Assembly: GCA_963707395.1 (NCBI GenBank)
Contig: CAVPPQ010000002.1
Location: 195,474-259,473 of the forward strand
DNA from: an uncultured Chloroflexia bacterium
GTDB lineage: Bacteria > Chloroflexota > Limnocylindria > Limnocylindrales > CSP1-4
DNA length: 64,000 nucleotides
Direction: 5' to 3'
Below, piece by piece: positions 1-9,895 of the stretch. The notes beneath the pieces were generated by a model. The model was not told the origin of the DNA, made no database searches, and was given only the letters and a program-made list of their open reading frames with translations. Both the position numbers and the translations under genes were made by a program. Positions within the stretch are counted from its first letter, which is position 1. The number at the start of each line of letters is the position of its first letter.

Positions 1-155
1 GCATGCTCCTCAACGTGGCCGGGGCGATGGGCCTCCTGGAAGCCGAGACGGGCTGGGCGGTCATGGTCCGCGACGGCTGCTTCAGCCAGATGGAGGGCTA
101 GCCATCGAAGGCCCCTTTTTTGAGGGTAGAAGTTAGTTAGTAATCACTACATCAA

Positions 156-1640
156 TTGGAGGGGGCTGGAGGCAACAGGATGCAAGGACGCTCATTGGCC
201 ATCTGGACGTTCGCGGTGACGTCGGTGGCACTGGTCATGGTCATGCTCGACAACCTCGTCGTGTCGACCGCTCTCAACGTCATCCGCGAGGAGCTCGGGG
301 CCACCATCGAGCAGCTCGAGTGGACCGTCAACGCCTACACGCTGACGTTCGCGGTGTTCCTGCTCACTGGCGCCGCGCTGGGCGATCGCTTCGGGCGCCG
401 CCGCATGTTCGTCATCGGCGTGGCCATCTTCACGGCCGCCTCGGCCTTCGCGGCCATGTCCACCAGCGTCGAGATGCTGCTGGTGGGGCGCATGGCCCAG
501 GGCATCGGCGCGGCCATCGTGACGCCGCTCACCCTGACGCTGCTGTCAGCGGCCGTGGTCGCGGAGCGCCGCGGCGTGGCCCTCGGGGCCTGGGGCGCCG
601 TCGGCGGCCTCGCCATCGCCATCGGTCCCCTCGTCGGTGGCGCCATCGTCGAAGGCGTGTCCTGGAACTGGATCTTCTGGATCAACGTGCCCATCGGCAT
701 CGCCCTCGTGCCCTTCGGCTGGTTCGCCCTGCGCGAGAGCCGTGGCCCGGCCAGCCGGCTGGACCTCCGGGGCGTGGCCTTCGCGAGCGTGGGCCTGCTG
801 GGCATCGTGTGGGCCCTCATCAATGGCAACAGCGAGGGCTGGACCAGCCCGACCATCGTGGCCTCCTTCGCCATCGGCATCGCCTTCCTGGTCGCCTTCC
901 TGGCCTGGGAGCGGCGGGCGCCGGCGCCCATGCTGCCGCCGCGCTTCTTCCGGGACCGCTCCTTCAGCCTCGCCAACGTGTCCTCGATGCTCATGAGCTT
1001 CGGGATGTTCGGCTCGATCTTCCTGCTGGCGCAGTTCCTGCAGTTCGTGCGCTTCTATTCGCCGCTCGAGGCAGGGGCGGCCATCCTGCCCTGGACCCTG
1101 GCGCCGATGTTCGTGGCACCCATCGCCGGCGCCCTGTCGGATCGCATCGGCGGCGGCCTGCTGATGGGCGCAGGCCTCACGCTGCAGGCCATCGGACTGG
1201 CGTGGCTGGGCCTCGTCTCCAGCACGACCGTCGAGTACGCCACGCTCGTGCTGCCCTTCATCATCTCGGGCATCGGCATGGGCCTCTTCTTCGCACCGGT
1301 CGCGAACGTCCTGCTGAGCTCGGTGCGGCCGGAGGAGGAAGGTCAGGCCTCGGGCGCCGGCAACGCCATCCGCGAGCTTGGTGGCGTCTTCGGAGTGGCC
1401 GTCCTGGCGGCCGTCTTCGCCCGCAACGGCGGCTTCGGGAGCCCGCAGGCATTCGTGGACGGCATGGTCCCGGCCATCCTCATCGGGGCGGCCTTCGTGG
1501 GCCTCGGTGCGGTGGCAGCCTTCGCCATCCCGCGGACCCGCCGCGTCACGGCCGAGCTGCCGGAAGCGCTGCCGGTCAGCACTCGTGGCGCCATGGCCCC
1601 GGGCGACCCGGCGCCCGTCTACATCCGCATCGACGAGTAG
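156..1640 (+). CDS. MFS transporter, DHA2 (EmrB/QacA-like) drug:H+ antiporter family
   Basis: 494-aa ORF with TTG start and about 14 hydrophobic segments. N-terminal MFS signature (GxxLGDRFGRRR), typical of the 14-TM DHA2 subfamily. Confidence 0.85.
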   Translation: MEGAGGNRMQGRSLAIWTFAVTSVALVMVMLDNLVVSTALNVIREELGATIEQLEWTVNAYTLTFAVFLLTGAALGDRFGRRRMFVIGVAIFTAASAFAAMSTSVEMLLVGRMAQGIGAAIVTPLTLTLLSAAVVAERRGVALGAWGAVGGLAIAIGPLVGGAIVEGVSWNWIFWINVPIGIALVPFGWFALRESRGPASRLDLRGVAFASVGLLGIVWALINGNSEGWTSPTIVASFAIGIAFLVAFLAWERRAPAPMLPPRFFRDRSFSLANVSSMLMSFGMFGSIFLLAQFLQFVRFYSPLEAGAAILPWTLAPMFVAPIAGALSDRIGGGLLMGAGLTLQAIGLAWLGLVSSTTVEYATLVLPFIISGIGMGLFFAPVANVLLSSVRPEEEGQASGAGNAIRELGGVFGVAVLAAVFARNGGFGSPQAFVDGMVPAILIGAAFVGLGAVAAFAIPRTRRVTAELPEALPVSTRGAMAPGDPAPVYIRIDE

Positions 1641-1737
1641 GCCGGGCCGGCAGCGGCCTGTGGCGAGCGGCGGGTATCCCTGGGGGCATCCGCCGCTTCC
1701 GCACGGGTTGCATCCGGGTCGCCGTGCTGGGCCTTTG

Positions 1738-1913
1738 GGCCGCTGGCGTTCCCGCAGGGGGTACGGATGGGCCGCCAGGGCTCCGGGAGGTGGCCGGCTC
1801 GTCTCCTTGGGGCCGCTGGCGTTCCCGCAGGGGGTACGGGGGCGTCAAGGGCTCCGGGAGGTGGCCGGCTCGTCTCCTGGGGCCGCTGGCGTTCCCGCAG
1901 GGGGTACGGGGGG
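1738..1913. repeat. intergenic tandem direct repeat, ~70-73 bp unit, ~2.5 copies (unit begins ggccgctggcgttcccgcagggggtacgg)
   Basis: Units start at 1738, 1811 and 1881 and are nearly identical along their whole length. The third copy is truncated. It lies between the MFS gene and a small membrane-protein gene. Confidence 0.8.
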
Positions 1914-2097
1914 CGAGCGATGGAGGCTTCCGAGCTGGGACGGCACGGCGGCCCATCTGCCATCGCTGAGGCGCAGCTCCTCGTCCGGGGGCCGCACTCG
2001 CGGAGCGGGCGCTGCGATAGGCTACCCAAGACGCGGGCCGGGGCCGTCCCCTCGAGATGCGCGGGGCCCCGGCAGCAGAGGGAGGTCTGAGCGGGAC

Positions 2098-2490
2098 ATG
2101 TCCAACCGACCCTTCGGAGTGCTCGTGCTCGGAGCACTCGCCATCGCCATCGCCGTGGTCAAGCTGGTCATCGGCTTCCAGCTGCTCTTCGGCGGGCTCT
2201 TCAGCGACAAGCTCGACGGCAGCGGCGTCGGCTGGGTCGGCCTGCTGACCATCGTCGTGGGCGTCATCTACCTGGCCGTGGGCTGGGCACTCTGGTCGAT
2301 GCGGCCCTGGGCCCTCCTCTTCACGATGATCATGGCCATCTTCGGCCTCGTAGACGCCATGTTCGTGATGCTGGCCACCAACAACATCGCGTACGGCATC
2401 GCCGCAGCGGCCATCCCGGCCTTCCTGCTCTGGTACACCAGCCGCGAGGACATCCGGGCCGCCTTCGGCCCCGACGCCGACCGGGTGTAG
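2098..2490 (+). CDS. small integral membrane protein (4 predicted TM), unknown function
   Basis: ATG at 2098 is in frame with the C-terminal hydrophobic part of ORF 1378..2490. The upstream part of that ORF is Arg/Pro-rich, overlaps the repeat region and is not credible. Confidence 0.5.
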   Translation: MSNRPFGVLVLGALAIAIAVVKLVIGFQLLFGGLFSDKLDGSGVGWVGLLTIVVGVIYLAVGWALWSMRPWALLFTMIMAIFGLVDAMFVMLATNNIAYGIAAAAIPAFLLWYTSREDIRAAFGPDADRV

Positions 2491-2575
2491 CAGCTCGCGA
2501 CTTCGCATCGACTCCAGGGCCGGGCTACGTCGCCCGGCCCTGTCGCATCCGGCAGCGCACCAAGGGAGGAAGAGC

Positions 2576-3220
2576 ATGACCCGCACCATCGTCTGCTTCG
2601 GCGATTCGAACACGCACGGTGCCCATCCGGACCCCTCGGTCGGAGGCCGTCACCCGCGCGCCGTGCGCTGGCCGGGGGTCATGCGCGCCGCGCTCGGCGA
2701 GGGCTTCGAGATCATCGAGGAGGGCCTCAACGGCCGCTGCACCGTCTGGGATGTGCCCATCGAACCGGGGCGCAACGGCTCCGACTACCTCGCGCCGTGC
2801 CTGCTCTCGCACCGGCCGGTGGACCTCGTCATCATCATGCTCGGCACCAACGACCTGAAGGGCATCTACGGCCAGACCGCCTCGGAGATCGCCTGTGGAG
2901 CCGGCGCACTGATCGACCTGGCCCGCGGGACCCTGGCCGGACCTGGCGAGACGCCGCCGCGCGTGCTCCTGGTGTCGCCCGTTCCGGTGGTGCTCACGCC
3001 GCACAGCGAGATGTGGGGCTTCGGGCACAGCATCGAGGAGGGCGCGCGCCTGGCCGGCATGTACCGACTGATGGCCGCCGGCAAGGGAGTCGGCTTCTTC
3101 GATGCCGGATCTGTGGCGCAGGTCAGCCCGCTGGACGGCGTGCACCTCGACGAGGCCGGCCACGCCGCCCTCGGGGCTGCCATGGCGGAGGCCGTGCGCG
3201 GGGAGCTGGCGCGCAGCTGA
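2576..3220 (+). CDS. SGNH/GDSL family hydrolase (lipase/acylesterase-like)
   Basis: N-terminal FGDSNT block (GDS(x) motif) and a downstream DxxH-like region, 214 aa. Confidence 0.8.
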   Translation: MTRTIVCFGDSNTHGAHPDPSVGGRHPRAVRWPGVMRAALGEGFEIIEEGLNGRCTVWDVPIEPGRNGSDYLAPCLLSHRPVDLVIIMLGTNDLKGIYGQTASEIACGAGALIDLARGTLAGPGETPPRVLLVSPVPVVLTPHSEMWGFGHSIEEGARLAGMYRLMAAGKGVGFFDAGSVAQVSPLDGVHLDEAGHAALGAAMAEAVRGELARS

Positions 3221-3248
3221 GACGTCTGGGGTCCGACGCCGGTCGGCG

Positions 3249-3641
3249 TCAGCGCGCCGGCCGCAGGCGGAAGGCCGACCAGGTCTCGTCCACGCTCAGT
3301 AGCCCAAGAGGGCGCAGGTCAAGCTTCTCGGCGAGGGCCCAGACGTCGTCGCGGCTCATGTCCAGGCCGGCTCCGCGCGAGCCCTTGCGGTAGAAGACCC
3401 AGATCGTCGCGTCGTGCGCCAGGCCTGCCACGGCGGGCGGCATGCGCAGCTCCAGTTCCGCCTTCGTGGTGACGAAGAGGAATACGAGCTGCGCCTGCGC
3501 CGGGTCAACGAAGACGGTGTCAGGCGGCAGGCCGAGCGACTCGACGACGCCCAGCACGGGGTTCAGCACCGCGATGGCGGTGCCCGGCTTCAGGCGCGCC
3601 TTCTGGGCGACGGTCTTGCTGGTCACTGGCGGCGCCTCCAT
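3249..3641 (-). CDS. hypothetical protein (130 aa)
   Basis: Clean ORF with coding-like composition. No motif recognised. Confidence 0.45.
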   Translation of the reverse strand: MEAPPVTSKTVAQKARLKPGTAIAVLNPVLGVVESLGLPPDTVFVDPAQAQLVFLFVTTKAELELRMPPAVAGLAHDATIWVFYRKGSRGAGLDMSRDDVWALAEKLDLRPLGLLSVDETWSAFRLRPAR

Positions 3642-3723
3642 CCTTTACATGCCGGCCACGGCGTCCCATCATCACCCGACGCGCGGGCACCCCCGCCCGC
3701 GGGCACGACACGGAGGTCAAGAC

Positions 3724-4038
3724 GTGGCCAAGTATCTGCTCATCTACCACGGCGGCAACCAGCCCCAGGGCGAGGAAGAGGGCAAGGCCGTCATGGCGGC
3801 CTGGATGGCCTGGTTCGAGGGGCTCGGCGCGGCGGTGGCCGACGGCGGCAACCCCACCGGCGCGGCGAAGTCCGTGGCCCCCGACGGCAGCGTGGCCGAC
3901 TACGACCCGGCAAGCCTGACTGGGTATTCCATCCTGGACGCGGACTCGCTCGACGCCGCCGTCGCGATGGCGAAGGGCTGCCCCCACCTGGCAGCCGGCG
4001 GCACGGTCACGGTGCACGCGACCTTCGAGGTCATGTAG
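3724..4038 (+). CDS. YCII-related / dimeric alpha-beta barrel-like small protein (putative)
   Basis: GTG start 7 nt after GGAGG. Sequence KYLLIYHGG...AAW..., 104 aa. The longer 198-aa ORF upstream of it is probably not translated. Confidence 0.5.
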   Translation: MAKYLLIYHGGNQPQGEEEGKAVMAAWMAWFEGLGAAVADGGNPTGAAKSVAPDGSVADYDPASLTGYSILDADSLDAAVAMAKGCPHLAAGGTVTVHATFEVM

Positions 4039-4127
4039 GAGCGGCGCATGCCGAACGCGCGCACGGTCCTGACGCTTGCGCAGCGCGATCCCTGACCGCT
4101 TCCGAGCCCCCACGAGGAGAAGCCAGC

Positions 4128-5573
4128 ATGGCCGTTCGCATCGTCTCGCGCGTCGTGATCGGTCGCGCCGTGGCATCTGCCGCGATGGCCGTCATCCTGA
4201 TGGCCACCACGGTGCAGGCAGCGGCTCCTTCGAGCCCTCCGGCCGATCAGTCGACCGCCGCCACATCGGCGCCGACAGCAGCCCCAGCCACCTCGGGCCT
4301 GAGCACCGGTCCCATCGCCAGCGTCCTCAGCCCCGTCTCGGCGGACCCCGGGTACGCGGAGCAGATCGTGGCCCTGGGACTGGATGAGGCCACCGCGGCC
4401 TTCATGGCCCGGACGCTCTCGACCGTCGAGGTCAGTGACACACACACCTTCGTGGTCCATCACGCCTTCCCGAACGGAGCGATGGGCGACGAGACCTACC
4501 ACTTGGTCCAAGGTTCCGGGATGAGCCCCGGCGACCCTCCGACGATCGTGACCGAGGTCGTGGGCGACGAGCTTCGCTACCAGGTGCGTTACGCCCTCGA
4601 CCTTGCGGAGCTCCCCGAGGACCTCCGGGCACAGGTGCTCGAGGGACTGCCGGTCCTGGCCGAGGGTACGGCCAACACGACGACCGCCGCCGTGCGCCTG
4701 CTCGGCCTGGCCCCGGTGGGCCCGGTCCGCGGGGTCTTCGCGGCCGACGCGCCGAGCACGGTCGCGGTGGTGGTCGACGGCGTCATCTCGCAGGGCAAGA
4801 GCACCGCCATCGGCAAGTTCGTGAAGTTCGGAGAGAAGCAGGGCTTCACCAAGACGGCGAACTCCTACAAGGCCTTCAAGGCGGGCAAGAAGGTGTGGGA
4901 GGCTGTGGAGGCCAACGACCTGATCGCGTCAGCCCTGGACAGGCTCAAGGCGCTCAGGAAGTGCGCCGAGGATCCCACGAACCCTGTGACCCAGCAGCAG
5001 TACGACGAGAACCCCGATGCGCGACAGAAGGTCCTCGACGAGCTGACCGCCGCGGAGAACGACATTCGCGCGAGCACCGCGGTCATGTTCACCACCATGT
5101 TGGTGAGCACCGGGTCCTCGCTCGTCAAGGCTGCCCCGTGGCTGGGGTTCATCACCACCCCGGCCAGCAACTACGTCAAGACGACGAACCGGTCCTTGAT
5201 CGAGGATCGTGTCAAGGCGGCCGAGCGACTTGTCGTGCCCTGCCAGCGCAGTGTGCGCATGACGGGTGGCGCCGATGAGTTGAAGGTCAATGCCGTCGTC
5301 TGCGACATCGGCCAGCCCTTCACGGTCACGGGAGGTCGGATCACGCTCGACTTCACCCCGAACCCGCGCGATCCCCTGGGCGGCGGCACGTACAGGTACA
5401 GGGGCGACTTCGGCAGGTTCAGCGTTTCAGGCGACGGCACCTACAAGGTGGATCTGTCCGCAGCCGGTGGCACCCTGATCGCCAGTGGGCCGGGTAGCGC
5501 CAAGACGAAGCTGGGCACGTTCTCGAACGCTGGCACGGAGCACTACGACCTGACGCCCGTATCCTGCGACTAG
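4128..5573 (+). CDS. secreted protein of unknown function (signal peptide, Ala/Thr/Pro-rich linker, Cys-containing C-terminal domain)
   Basis: ATG after GAGGAG. N-terminal MAVRIVSRVVIGRAVASAAMAVILMATTVQA resembles a Sec signal. 481 aa, no recognisable catalytic motif. Confidence 0.65.
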   Translation: MAVRIVSRVVIGRAVASAAMAVILMATTVQAAAPSSPPADQSTAATSAPTAAPATSGLSTGPIASVLSPVSADPGYAEQIVALGLDEATAAFMARTLSTVEVSDTHTFVVHHAFPNGAMGDETYHLVQGSGMSPGDPPTIVTEVVGDELRYQVRYALDLAELPEDLRAQVLEGLPVLAEGTANTTTAAVRLLGLAPVGPVRGVFAADAPSTVAVVVDGVISQGKSTAIGKFVKFGEKQGFTKTANSYKAFKAGKKVWEAVEANDLIASALDRLKALRKCAEDPTNPVTQQQYDENPDARQKVLDELTAAENDIRASTAVMFTTMLVSTGSSLVKAAPWLGFITTPASNYVKTTNRSLIEDRVKAAERLVVPCQRSVRMTGGADELKVNAVVCDIGQPFTVTGGRITLDFTPNPRDPLGGGTYRYRGDFGRFSVSGDGTYKVDLSAAGGTLIASGPGSAKTKLGTFSNAGTEHYDLTPVSCD

Positions 5574-5590
5574 GCTCAGCGAGCCAACAG

Positions 5591-6301
5591 CTACAGCCCG
5601 GAGTGCAGGCCGATGCGCTCGCCGTTGACGACGCCCGCAGCGTCGCTGAAGAGATAGCGGATGGCGGCCGAGATCTCCGCTGGTGTGGTCATGGCAGCGC
5701 CCTTGCCGTGTGGGTCGGTCGCCCGGACGCCCTTGGTGTCGATGGTCCGGACCCTCACCACGTTGGCGGTCACACCGGTGCCGGCTACTTCCCGGGCCAG
5801 GGCTGCAAAGAGTGTCTCCTCTGCGGCCTTGCCCACCGCGTAGGCGCTCATGCCGGCGGCGGGCGATGCCGCCATGGGCGAGGACACGGCCACCAGGCGT
5901 CCGCGGCCAGCGGCCACCATGCGCGGCACGAGTGGTCGCACGACGTTGAGGGTCGACCAGAGGTGCTGGTCGAGCATCGCGGCGTACGGCTCATCCGCGG
6001 CATCGACGACGTTGGTGCCGCCGGTCCATCCGCCCACGAGGTGCGCCAGGGCATCGACGCGCCCGAAGCGGCCGTAGGTGGCGTCGATGGCGGCCGCCGT
6101 CGCGTCCGCGTCGCGCAGGTCGACGGCGACGCGGAGCACGCGCTCAGGCGCGAGCCCCAGCTCGGCCTCCAGATCCGACAGGCGCTCCGGGCTCGATCCG
6201 AAGAGCGCCAGATGCCAGCCATCGGCCGCGAGGTCGGCTGTCAGGACGCGCCCCAGGCCTCCGGCGGCCCCACAGACCAGGGCCACGGGTCGGTCGGTCA
6301 T
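5591..6301 (-). CDS. SDR family NAD(P)-dependent oxidoreductase
   Basis: N-terminal Rossmann motif CGAAGGLG and a YxxxK region (YAVGKAAE), 236 aa. Confidence 0.8.
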   Translation of the reverse strand: MTDRPVALVCGAAGGLGRVLTADLAADGWHLALFGSSPERLSDLEAELGLAPERVLRVAVDLRDADATAAAIDATYGRFGRVDALAHLVGGWTGGTNVVDAADEPYAAMLDQHLWSTLNVVRPLVPRMVAAGRGRLVAVSSPMAASPAAGMSAYAVGKAAEETLFAALAREVAGTGVTANVVRVRTIDTKGVRATDPHGKGAAMTTPAEISAAIRYLFSDAAGVVNGERIGLHSGL

Positions 6302-7095
6302 GACCGTGACCCAACGGCGTCGAAGGCTTCGAGCGCCTCGACCAACTCAGGTTCCATGCCCTCCAGGATGGGTCGGTCGATCTGCTCGAGCAGGTGCTCA
6401 TGACCCTCGACGTCGATGAGGTGCCCAGACCGCAAGGCCTTCGTCTCCAGGTAAGCGCGGTTGTGGTCGTTGGCCGAGATGACCAGCGGGATGCGCCCGC
6501 TGACCCGGATGCCGAAGCCGGCCAACCCATCCAGCTTGCGCGGGTTGTTGGTCATGAGTCGGATCGAGCGCACCTCGAGCAACTTGAGCATGTGCGCGGC
6601 GACGCTGTAGTCGCGCTCGTCGTCGCGAAAGCCGAGCGCCAGGTTGGCGTCCACCGTGTCCAGGCCCTCGTCCTGCAAGCCGTAGGCCCGCAGCTTGTTG
6701 AGCAGCCCGATGCCGCGACCCTCCTGGCGCAGGTAGAGGACCATGCCTGTCTCCTGCTCACCGACGGCGCGCAGCGATGACATGAGCTGGTCCCGGCAGT
6801 CGCAGCGCAGGGAGCCCAGCGCGTCTCCGGTGAGGCACTCGCTGTGCAGCCGCACCGGGACATCCTCCTTGCCGAAGGGGTCGCCCTTGACGATGGCCAC
6901 GTGGTCCTTGCCGTCCCGGTCGTTCCAGAAGCCGACGATGTGGAAGGTGCCGAAGATGGTGGGCAGGTCGGCCACCGCGGCGATCCTGACGCAGACGTGG
7001 TCGCGGCCGATGCCGTCGCATTCGTGGTCGGCCGTGGAAGCGACGAGCTGGTCGTAGGTGAGGTGGCGGAGACCACGCCCCTGGGAGTCGTTCAT
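6298..7095 (-). CDS. ribA: GTP cyclohydrolase II (riboflavin biosynthesis) with C-terminal extension
   Basis: VRLHSECLTGDALGSLRCDCRDQL zinc/GTP motif. Start assigned to MNDSQ at 7095; the upstream part of the ORF is Arg-rich and non-coding-like. Confidence 0.85.
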   Translation of the reverse strand: MNDSQGRGLRHLTYDQLVASTADHECDGIGRDHVCVRIAAVADLPTIFGTFHIVGFWNDRDGKDHVAIVKGDPFGKEDVPVRLHSECLTGDALGSLRCDCRDQLMSSLRAVGEQETGMVLYLRQEGRGIGLLNKLRAYGLQDEGLDTVDANLALGFRDDERDYSVAAHMLKLLEVRSIRLMTNNPRKLDGLAGFGIRVSGRIPLVISANDHNRAYLETKALRSGHLIDVEGHEHLLEQIDRPILEGMEPELVEALEAFDAVGSRS

Positions 7096-7244
7096 GACGC
7101 GCAGGCTACGACAGCGACGGTGACGACGCTGTGAACGCGGCCGGCCGAGCGTGGCCGGCGGCTGCCACCGAGGGCCGGCAACCGGCGTTGTCCATGATGA
7201 AACTCTCTTGACCTCCGCGTAGCGAGGAGGACAATCGCGTTGCC

Positions 7245-8041
7245 ATGAGTGGCCAGCCAGGGGCTTCTGGCCCTGCCCAGCGCGGCGCCCTCGCAACAGG
7301 TCTACGGATGCTCGAACTGCTTGTGTCCGCGCATGGCTCCCTGGGCGTGACGGAGATCGCCGACCAGCTCAGCCTGGACAAGGCCAACGCTCACCGGACC
7401 CTGGCCGCGCTCGTGCGCCTCGGCTACGTGGAGCAGGATCCTCCACGCGGCGCTACGGCGCCACGGTCCGCATCGTCGAGCTGGCCCGCTCCATCCTGGA
7501 TTCCAAGGACCTCACGGTGGTCGCGGCGCCGCACCTCAAGTCGCTCTGGGCTGCCTCCGGCGAGAACACGCACCTGGCCGTGCTGGCCGGCGACCATGTC
7601 GTCTACGTGTCAACGCTCAACGGCACGACACTCCTCTCCGCCAATGCCGCCATCGGCCAGTCCGGGCCACTGCACTGCACGGCGACGGGCAAGGCCATCG
7701 TTGCCAACCTGCCACGCAGCCTCACGGAGGGCCTCATCCAGAGCCTCGGGTTCGAGTCCTTCACCCCCCGCACCATCGCCAGCCCCGACGCCCTCCAGAA
7801 GGAGCTGGCACAGGTCCGCGTCACCGGTTACGCGGTGGACGACCGTGAGTACCACCCCGGCGTCCGCTGCATCGCCGCGCCCGTCTTCGGGATCGGCGGT
7901 GTCATCGCCTCCCTCGGCATCTCCGCCCCTGCCGACCGGATGGACAGCGATCGGCTGCGCGTCCTGGCGCCGATCGTGGTGGACACCGCCGCGCGTATCA
8001 GTCGAGAACTGGGTGGTCCAGCATCGAGGATGCCTTCATGA
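7245..8041 (+). pseudogene. IclR family transcriptional regulator, interrupted by a single-base frameshift near 7441-7446 (real pseudogene or sequencing error)
   Basis: HTH N-terminus (…LGYVEQDPP) is in frame 0. The continuation RRYGATVRIVELARSILDS… and the full IclR effector domain are in frame 2 (ORF 7517..8041). One base missing in gatcctCCacgcgg would restore DP-T-RRYG. Confidence 0.6.
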
Positions 8042-9852
8042 GCAACCTGCGAACGGGCGGACAGGTCATCGCCGACCACCTGGAGGCCAACGGTGTGCCC
8101 TACGTGGTGGGCATCCCTGGCCATGGCTGCCTGCCCATGGTCGATGCCTTCGTCGGCCGCAGCACGCCCACCTTCCTGCAGGTCCGCCATGAGCAGTCGG
8201 CCGCCCACCTGGCCGACGCCTACTTCCGCGTGGCGCGCAAGCCCTTGGCGGTCATGACCTCCATCGGCCCCGGTGCTGTCAACACGGCGGTGGGCATCGC
8301 CACGGCCTACGTGGACTCCTCGACGATGCTCGTCTTCACCGGTGACGTGCACACCTACATGTTCGGGCGCGGCGTCCTCCAGGAGGTGGACCGCAAGGCC
8401 TGGGCGGACCTCACGACGCTCTTCGAGCCCATCACCAAGCGCCAGTGGCAGGTCACGCGTGTGGACCAGCTGGCGCGCATCCTGCCGCAGGCCTACGCGC
8501 TGGCGGCCGGCGGACGGCCGGGGCCCGTGCTCATCAGCGTGCCCATGGACGTCCAGGCCGATGCGGCCGACGTTCCCGAGGCCCGCGCGGTCGAGCTGCC
8601 CGAGCCACCCGGGCCCTCCGCCTCCGCCGTGGCCCAGATCCGGGCCGCGCTGGCCGATGCCGAACGTCCCGTCCTCCTGGCCGGCGGAGGCGTCGTCCAA
8701 AGCGGCGCCTCCGCCGTGTTCCGGCGCATCGCGGAGCACCTTGGCCTCCCCGTGGTGGCCACCTACCAGGCCAAAGGCGTGCTGCCGGAGGACCACCCGC
8801 TCTATGGCCGCTACCCGGGCTCCAAGGGCACGGACACGGGCAACGCCCTCTGCCGCGAGGCCGATGTCATCGTGGCCATCGGCTGCCGCTTCGCCGACGA
8901 GGCGGCCTCCTCCTACGTGCCCGGGGTGACCTTCTCCATCCCGCCCACAAAGCTCTACCAGGTCGACATCGACGAATATGAGATCGGCAAGAACTACCCC
9001 GTCGAGCTGGGGGTCGTGGCGGACGCCAAGGCCTTCTGCGAGGCCCTCTGGGACCTCGTGCGCGACGAGCCAGCCGACGCGGCGGCGAGTGCGCACTGGC
9101 AGGGCCGCATCGCCGACCTCGTGGTGCCCTGGAACGCCAAGCTGGCGCCGGGCCGCACGGACCGCAGCCTGCCGCTGCGCATCTCCGCGGTGCTGGACAT
9201 CGTCCACGACGCTGTGCCGCCGGACACCATCGTGCTCACCGGCGCCGGCCACTCGCAGGCCCAGTTCCTTCAGGAGTACACCGTCAACGACGCCTCCCAG
9301 GTCATCTCTCCCAACGGCTTCAGCACCATGGGCTTCACCATCCCGGGCGCCATCGGCGCGCGACTGGCGGCACCGGACCGCCCGGTGCTCGGCTTCGCCG
9401 GTGACGGCGACTTCCTCATGACCGTGCAGGAGCTGGCCATGGCGGTCCAGTACGGCCTCGACGTCATCTACGTCGTGGTTGACAACGCGGGCTGGCAATC
9501 CATCCGCGATCTGCAGATGGACGCCTACGGCGAGGAGCACGGCTTCGCAGCCGAGTTCCGCACGCCGGCTGGCGCATCCATCACGCCGGACCTGGTCACG
9601 GTCGCCCGTGGCTTCGGCGTCAAGGCTTCAGAGGCGACCGACGAGCCGGCGCTCAGGGCGGCCATCGGCCGGGCGCTCGCGGAGGGAGGACCGACGGTCA
9701 TCGTCGTGCCCGTGCGCCGCGAGTATCCCGAGTCGGCTGGTCCCACGAGCGGCTGGTGGGACGTTCCCGTGCCGGCGTCGCTGCCGGAGCGTCGTGGGAC
9801 CTACGAACAGGAGGTGGCACCCGTCCGACGAGATGCTGTCAAGCGAGGCTGA
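8038..9852 (+). CDS. thiamine pyrophosphate-dependent enzyme (acetolactate synthase / IolD / Xsc superfamily)
   Basis: 604 aa. N-terminal TPP-Pyr domain, central domain, and a C-terminal TPP-binding GDGDF…N motif (GFAGDGDFLMTVQELAMAVQYGLDVIYVVVDNAGW). ATGA overlap with the IclR stop. Confidence 0.8.
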   Translation: MSNLRTGGQVIADHLEANGVPYVVGIPGHGCLPMVDAFVGRSTPTFLQVRHEQSAAHLADAYFRVARKPLAVMTSIGPGAVNTAVGIATAYVDSSTMLVFTGDVHTYMFGRGVLQEVDRKAWADLTTLFEPITKRQWQVTRVDQLARILPQAYALAAGGRPGPVLISVPMDVQADAADVPEARAVELPEPPGPSASAVAQIRAALADAERPVLLAGGGVVQSGASAVFRRIAEHLGLPVVATYQAKGVLPEDHPLYGRYPGSKGTDTGNALCREADVIVAIGCRFADEAASSYVPGVTFSIPPTKLYQVDIDEYEIGKNYPVELGVVADAKAFCEALWDLVRDEPADAAASAHWQGRIADLVVPWNAKLAPGRTDRSLPLRISAVLDIVHDAVPPDTIVLTGAGHSQAQFLQEYTVNDASQVISPNGFSTMGFTIPGAIGARLAAPDRPVLGFAGDGDFLMTVQELAMAVQYGLDVIYVVVDNAGWQSIRDLQMDAYGEEHGFAAEFRTPAGASITPDLVTVARGFGVKASEATDEPALRAAIGRALAEGGPTVIVVPVRREYPESAGPTSGWWDVPVPASLPERRGTYEQEVAPVRRDAVKRG

Positions 9853-9895
9853 TCGCGAACGACGTTCGAGTGGACGTCACACAGGAGGACAGGGA

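Noticed and set aside
1738-1913. Possible CRISPR array (30-bp repeat with ~40-bp intervening segments)
   Set aside because: The intervening segments are themselves nearly identical between copies. The whole ~70-bp unit is repeated, so it is a tandem repeat, not repeat-spacer architecture. No cas genes are nearby.
320-1969. 549-aa ORF overlapping the MFS gene in another frame (Arg/Gly/Pro/His-rich)
   Set aside because: Typical high-GC alternate-frame artefact. No hydrophobic or folded-domain character. The overlapping MFS gene is strongly supported.
7441-7446. Programmed ribosomal frameshifting in IclR (and likewise at 43883-43888 in the permease)
   Set aside because: No slippery heptamer or stimulatory structure. 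Both lesions are single-base deletions in short C runs, so a pseudogene or sequencing error is more parsimonious.
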